Of a DNA stretch of 50,294 nucleotides, positions 47,848 to 50,294 are shown piece after piece (position 1 is the stretch's first letter; the number at the start of each line of letters is the position of its first letter). Source of the DNA: Eremomyces bilateralis CBS 781.70 (lineage: Eukaryota); assembly GCA_010015585.1 (NCBI GenBank), contig ML975153.1; one strand, written 5' to 3'. Under the pieces are notes generated by a model. The model did no database searches and was not told the origin of the DNA. It was given only the letters and a program-made list of their open reading frames with translations. Position numbers and translations under genes: made by a program.

Positions 47848-48556
47848 GCCCCAGCTGAGATAAACATATGCTGCACTAGCAGCTAGCGGGTTGCCTTAGG
47901 CTACAAGGCATGAGTGGATCATGTGGTATCAACAAAGTAAGTCACGCGATCTCAACAAGAGATAGGTAGGATTCTCTCAACGGTTTCATCCCTCCTTGTT
48001 AGATACATGATCATTATTTGTATATCAACCAAGTAGGTAGGTAATACAGCGATCCCCGATGGCTACCTGTGACCTGTTGGGCCTATCACACTACGCTCCT
48101 CTTTGTGTGTTTCACATTCCTTTCGTTTTCCTTTAGTTTTGCGCCCCGGCCTAACTGGCGGCCATCGGCCACTCTACTGTGTATGTTTTCCTAACAACCA
48201 AGCAATTCAGCACCCACGGAAAGAACACGCGATACCCCATTTCGCGTATCATGTGAACATGCCTCTCTAGCGTACAATCGTGCTCTATCTGCTAAGTACT
48301 AGCGAGAGATTTGCCTACATAGGCCAAACCAATCTGGCCTGATGAGAGTGTGAGTCCATATATTAGAGAGAGATGCGAAATACGCATCCTCGGAACAGCA
48401 CTATTCAGTTCCGGTTGCGAATAGGCATATTTTTTGTCGTTTAATGATATCTCCTCGAACCTTGGTCATCCTCGCCCATCCGGCCTGGATGTTATGGATC
48501 TCGCGAGTCGCTCGGTGTGGCCAACGCCAATAGCGTTACCGATCTGGTAGTCACGC

Positions 48557-49678
48557 TCATCCGTAGAGTGAGCTTACATTCGTATCCTCGCCATTCCATC
48601 CAATCTCAGGCCAACCCTCGGGGATTGTAGAAAAAGGGGGGAGGGTATAGCGCCCCTCACAGCTACTGGGACTGTCACATGTGATGTTGCATAAGCCAAA
48701 TAACTCGCAATAACAGGTTTCTGCGTCTGGACAATGGACAGGAGGCTTTCCAAAAATCACTACATTACCAGATTAACAGGGTGCTCAGGATTTGCGGAAG
48801 AGGACGCAATGGCACTTACTATGCCAACTATACTCAAGGACCCGTCCGCTCTGGTAATCTTCCAGATCTGTGCTGTTCACCCAGTCGAGATATCGCACGT
48901 AATCGCTCTTTGGCCTTTCCCTTATCTTCTCTCTTGTAGCAGAAAATTGTGCGCAGCAGCTTACGCCAACCAACTCTGGCACCTCTTCGCCGGGGAACAA
49001 TTCTCTGAAAGCATTCGCGTAGACCTGACCGGTGCTTATCTCGGCCGTAGTCCCGAGAGTCTTCTCATCATCGAGGGGGTGAAATTCACCGGGGCACCCA
49101 ATCACCCAGACACAGCGCAGGTTGGTGTAACCAGCGCTGAGAAGGTAATCAATCTGTAGCTGCCGGAGTACGGCGACTCCATCATAGATCGGGTCGTCGT
49201 TGTGCCATTGATAGCGCAAGGCATGGTGGAAGATGGTAAGTTCGGGGAGATTTTCGTAGTTATCGATTATAAAACTTCCCAAGGCTGTTAACTTATCTGG
49301 CCGTTTCGCTTTGAACAAGGGGAATCCGGATTTCATTGCATCATTTTCGATGAAGCTTTCCCACACGTACCTTAGATATACCATAGATTCTCGGCCTTTG
49401 TTCACAGAAACAGTCAAAGCAGCATTTGGATCGTCGACTACGTAGACATACTCGGCCCACTCCGGAAAATAATGATTCAGCCATGTGGTATTCTCATGAC
49501 TCCTGCTCGCAACGACAAAGGCGTATTCTTTCTCACGAGAAGGAGGCTTCGAGTGAGAGACGATACCTGAAAACCGAGTCCCGCTCAGCATCAGGTAGAG
49601 GAAGTAGACAAGATATATCAAAACTATCGCGCGAATGATGTTCCATCGTTCACGATAGATTGATCCGCCCATTGGCAT
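48557..49678 (-). CDS. DUF3431-domain membrane-anchored protein; exons 49678-49371, 49274-48820, 48759-48557
   Basis: N-terminal TM, VVAS..ENTTWL, YVVDD..NKGRESMVYL/SFIIDNYENLP..HALRYQWHNDD, CCAQFSATREKIRERP and SGRVLEYSWH/MIFG..CYCELFG. Confidence 0.88.
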
Positions 49679-49984
49679 TGCGGAGGCCTCGCATGCTCAA
49701 AACTTTGGTTGCTGAATAAAATAACGATACTACACCAGATGGTGATGTTCTGGGAAAGAAAAGAAGGCTTCGTCAAGGCAAGTAAATCGCTTCCGTACAA
49801 AGGATTTCATGTTTCATGTTGTCAAATGGGTGGCGGCTATTACGTGGAAGACTCATCTGATGCGATCCCATGCTCCTATTCGGCGGCTACGGGGAATCTG
49901 AGCCCTGATCCGAAGAGAAGTTCATTGGATGGGGTCTGAGGGGCGGCCCGGGTTTAGCGCCCTGGGCTTGCGATCTGCAGTCTA

Positions 49985-50294
49985 AGTTCGAACCCCTGCC
50001 TGTTGGCCAACCACCTACTTGGCCAGTATCACCATCTTAGCCACCATCATGAAAACCGTGACATCTCTACCACCACGTAATTATATTGAAAATTCAAACC
50101 ATAGGACTATTGTACAGCATCTTGGGGAGCGTCTGGTATAGTTTCAGCCACGGGAATACTCTGTTCTAGTATAGTATTTGCCTCCAGAAGCCGTACAGCC
50201 TCTTGCGCTACTTTGATCTCTTTAATCTGTGCGAACTTAACATTGGGATCTATCCGAACCTTCTTCTTGCGTTTTGGGGCTGAGGCGGCATCTA
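49985..50294 (-). mobile_element. End of a Fot1/pogo-like (Tc1/mariner superfamily) DNA transposon, running off the window
   Basis: TA at 49983-49984 is followed by AGTTCGAACCCC.. with a repeated TTGGCCA, as in Fot1-type TIRs. The minus strand encodes the transposase-like C-terminus PKRKKKVRIDPNVKFAQIKEIKVAQE. Confidence 0.75.

Overview
Eukaryotic DNA from a filamentous ascomycete (Pezizomycotina): short GT-AG introns with CTRAC branch points, fungus-specific gene families and RIP-like C-to-T damage in repeats. No CRISPR array, rRNA or tRNA was recognised. The left ~39 kb is mostly housekeeping genes: a partial D-2-hydroxyacid dehydrogenase, a PTH11-like rhodopsin-domain protein, an SPX/VTC-like protein with an apparent frameshift in a C8 run, SPT16, IPI3, PCS60 (ending SKL), ARO2, a Zn2Cys6 transcription factor, an NTF2-like protein, an ankyrin protein, a secreted Gly-Asn repeat protein, a Mid2-like sensor and a PQ-loop transporter. 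A solo LTR with a 5-bp target-site duplication lies just downstream of PCS60. The right end (~42.8-50.3 kb) is mostly decayed mobile DNA: a 5'-truncated transcription-factor pseudogene, a 3' fragment of a Tad1-like LINE fused by microhomology to a RIP-damaged DUF6589/Academ-like putative transposase gene, a 138-bp inverted-repeat unit and one end of a Fot1/pogo-like transposon, with an intact DUF3431 gene among them. Exon boundaries were read by eye and family assignments come from motif recognition, not database searches. I found no clear new biological system. The best leads are the DUF6589 element with its inverted repeat, a 24-bp palindrome before the Zn2Cys6 gene, and two structured-RNA candidates.
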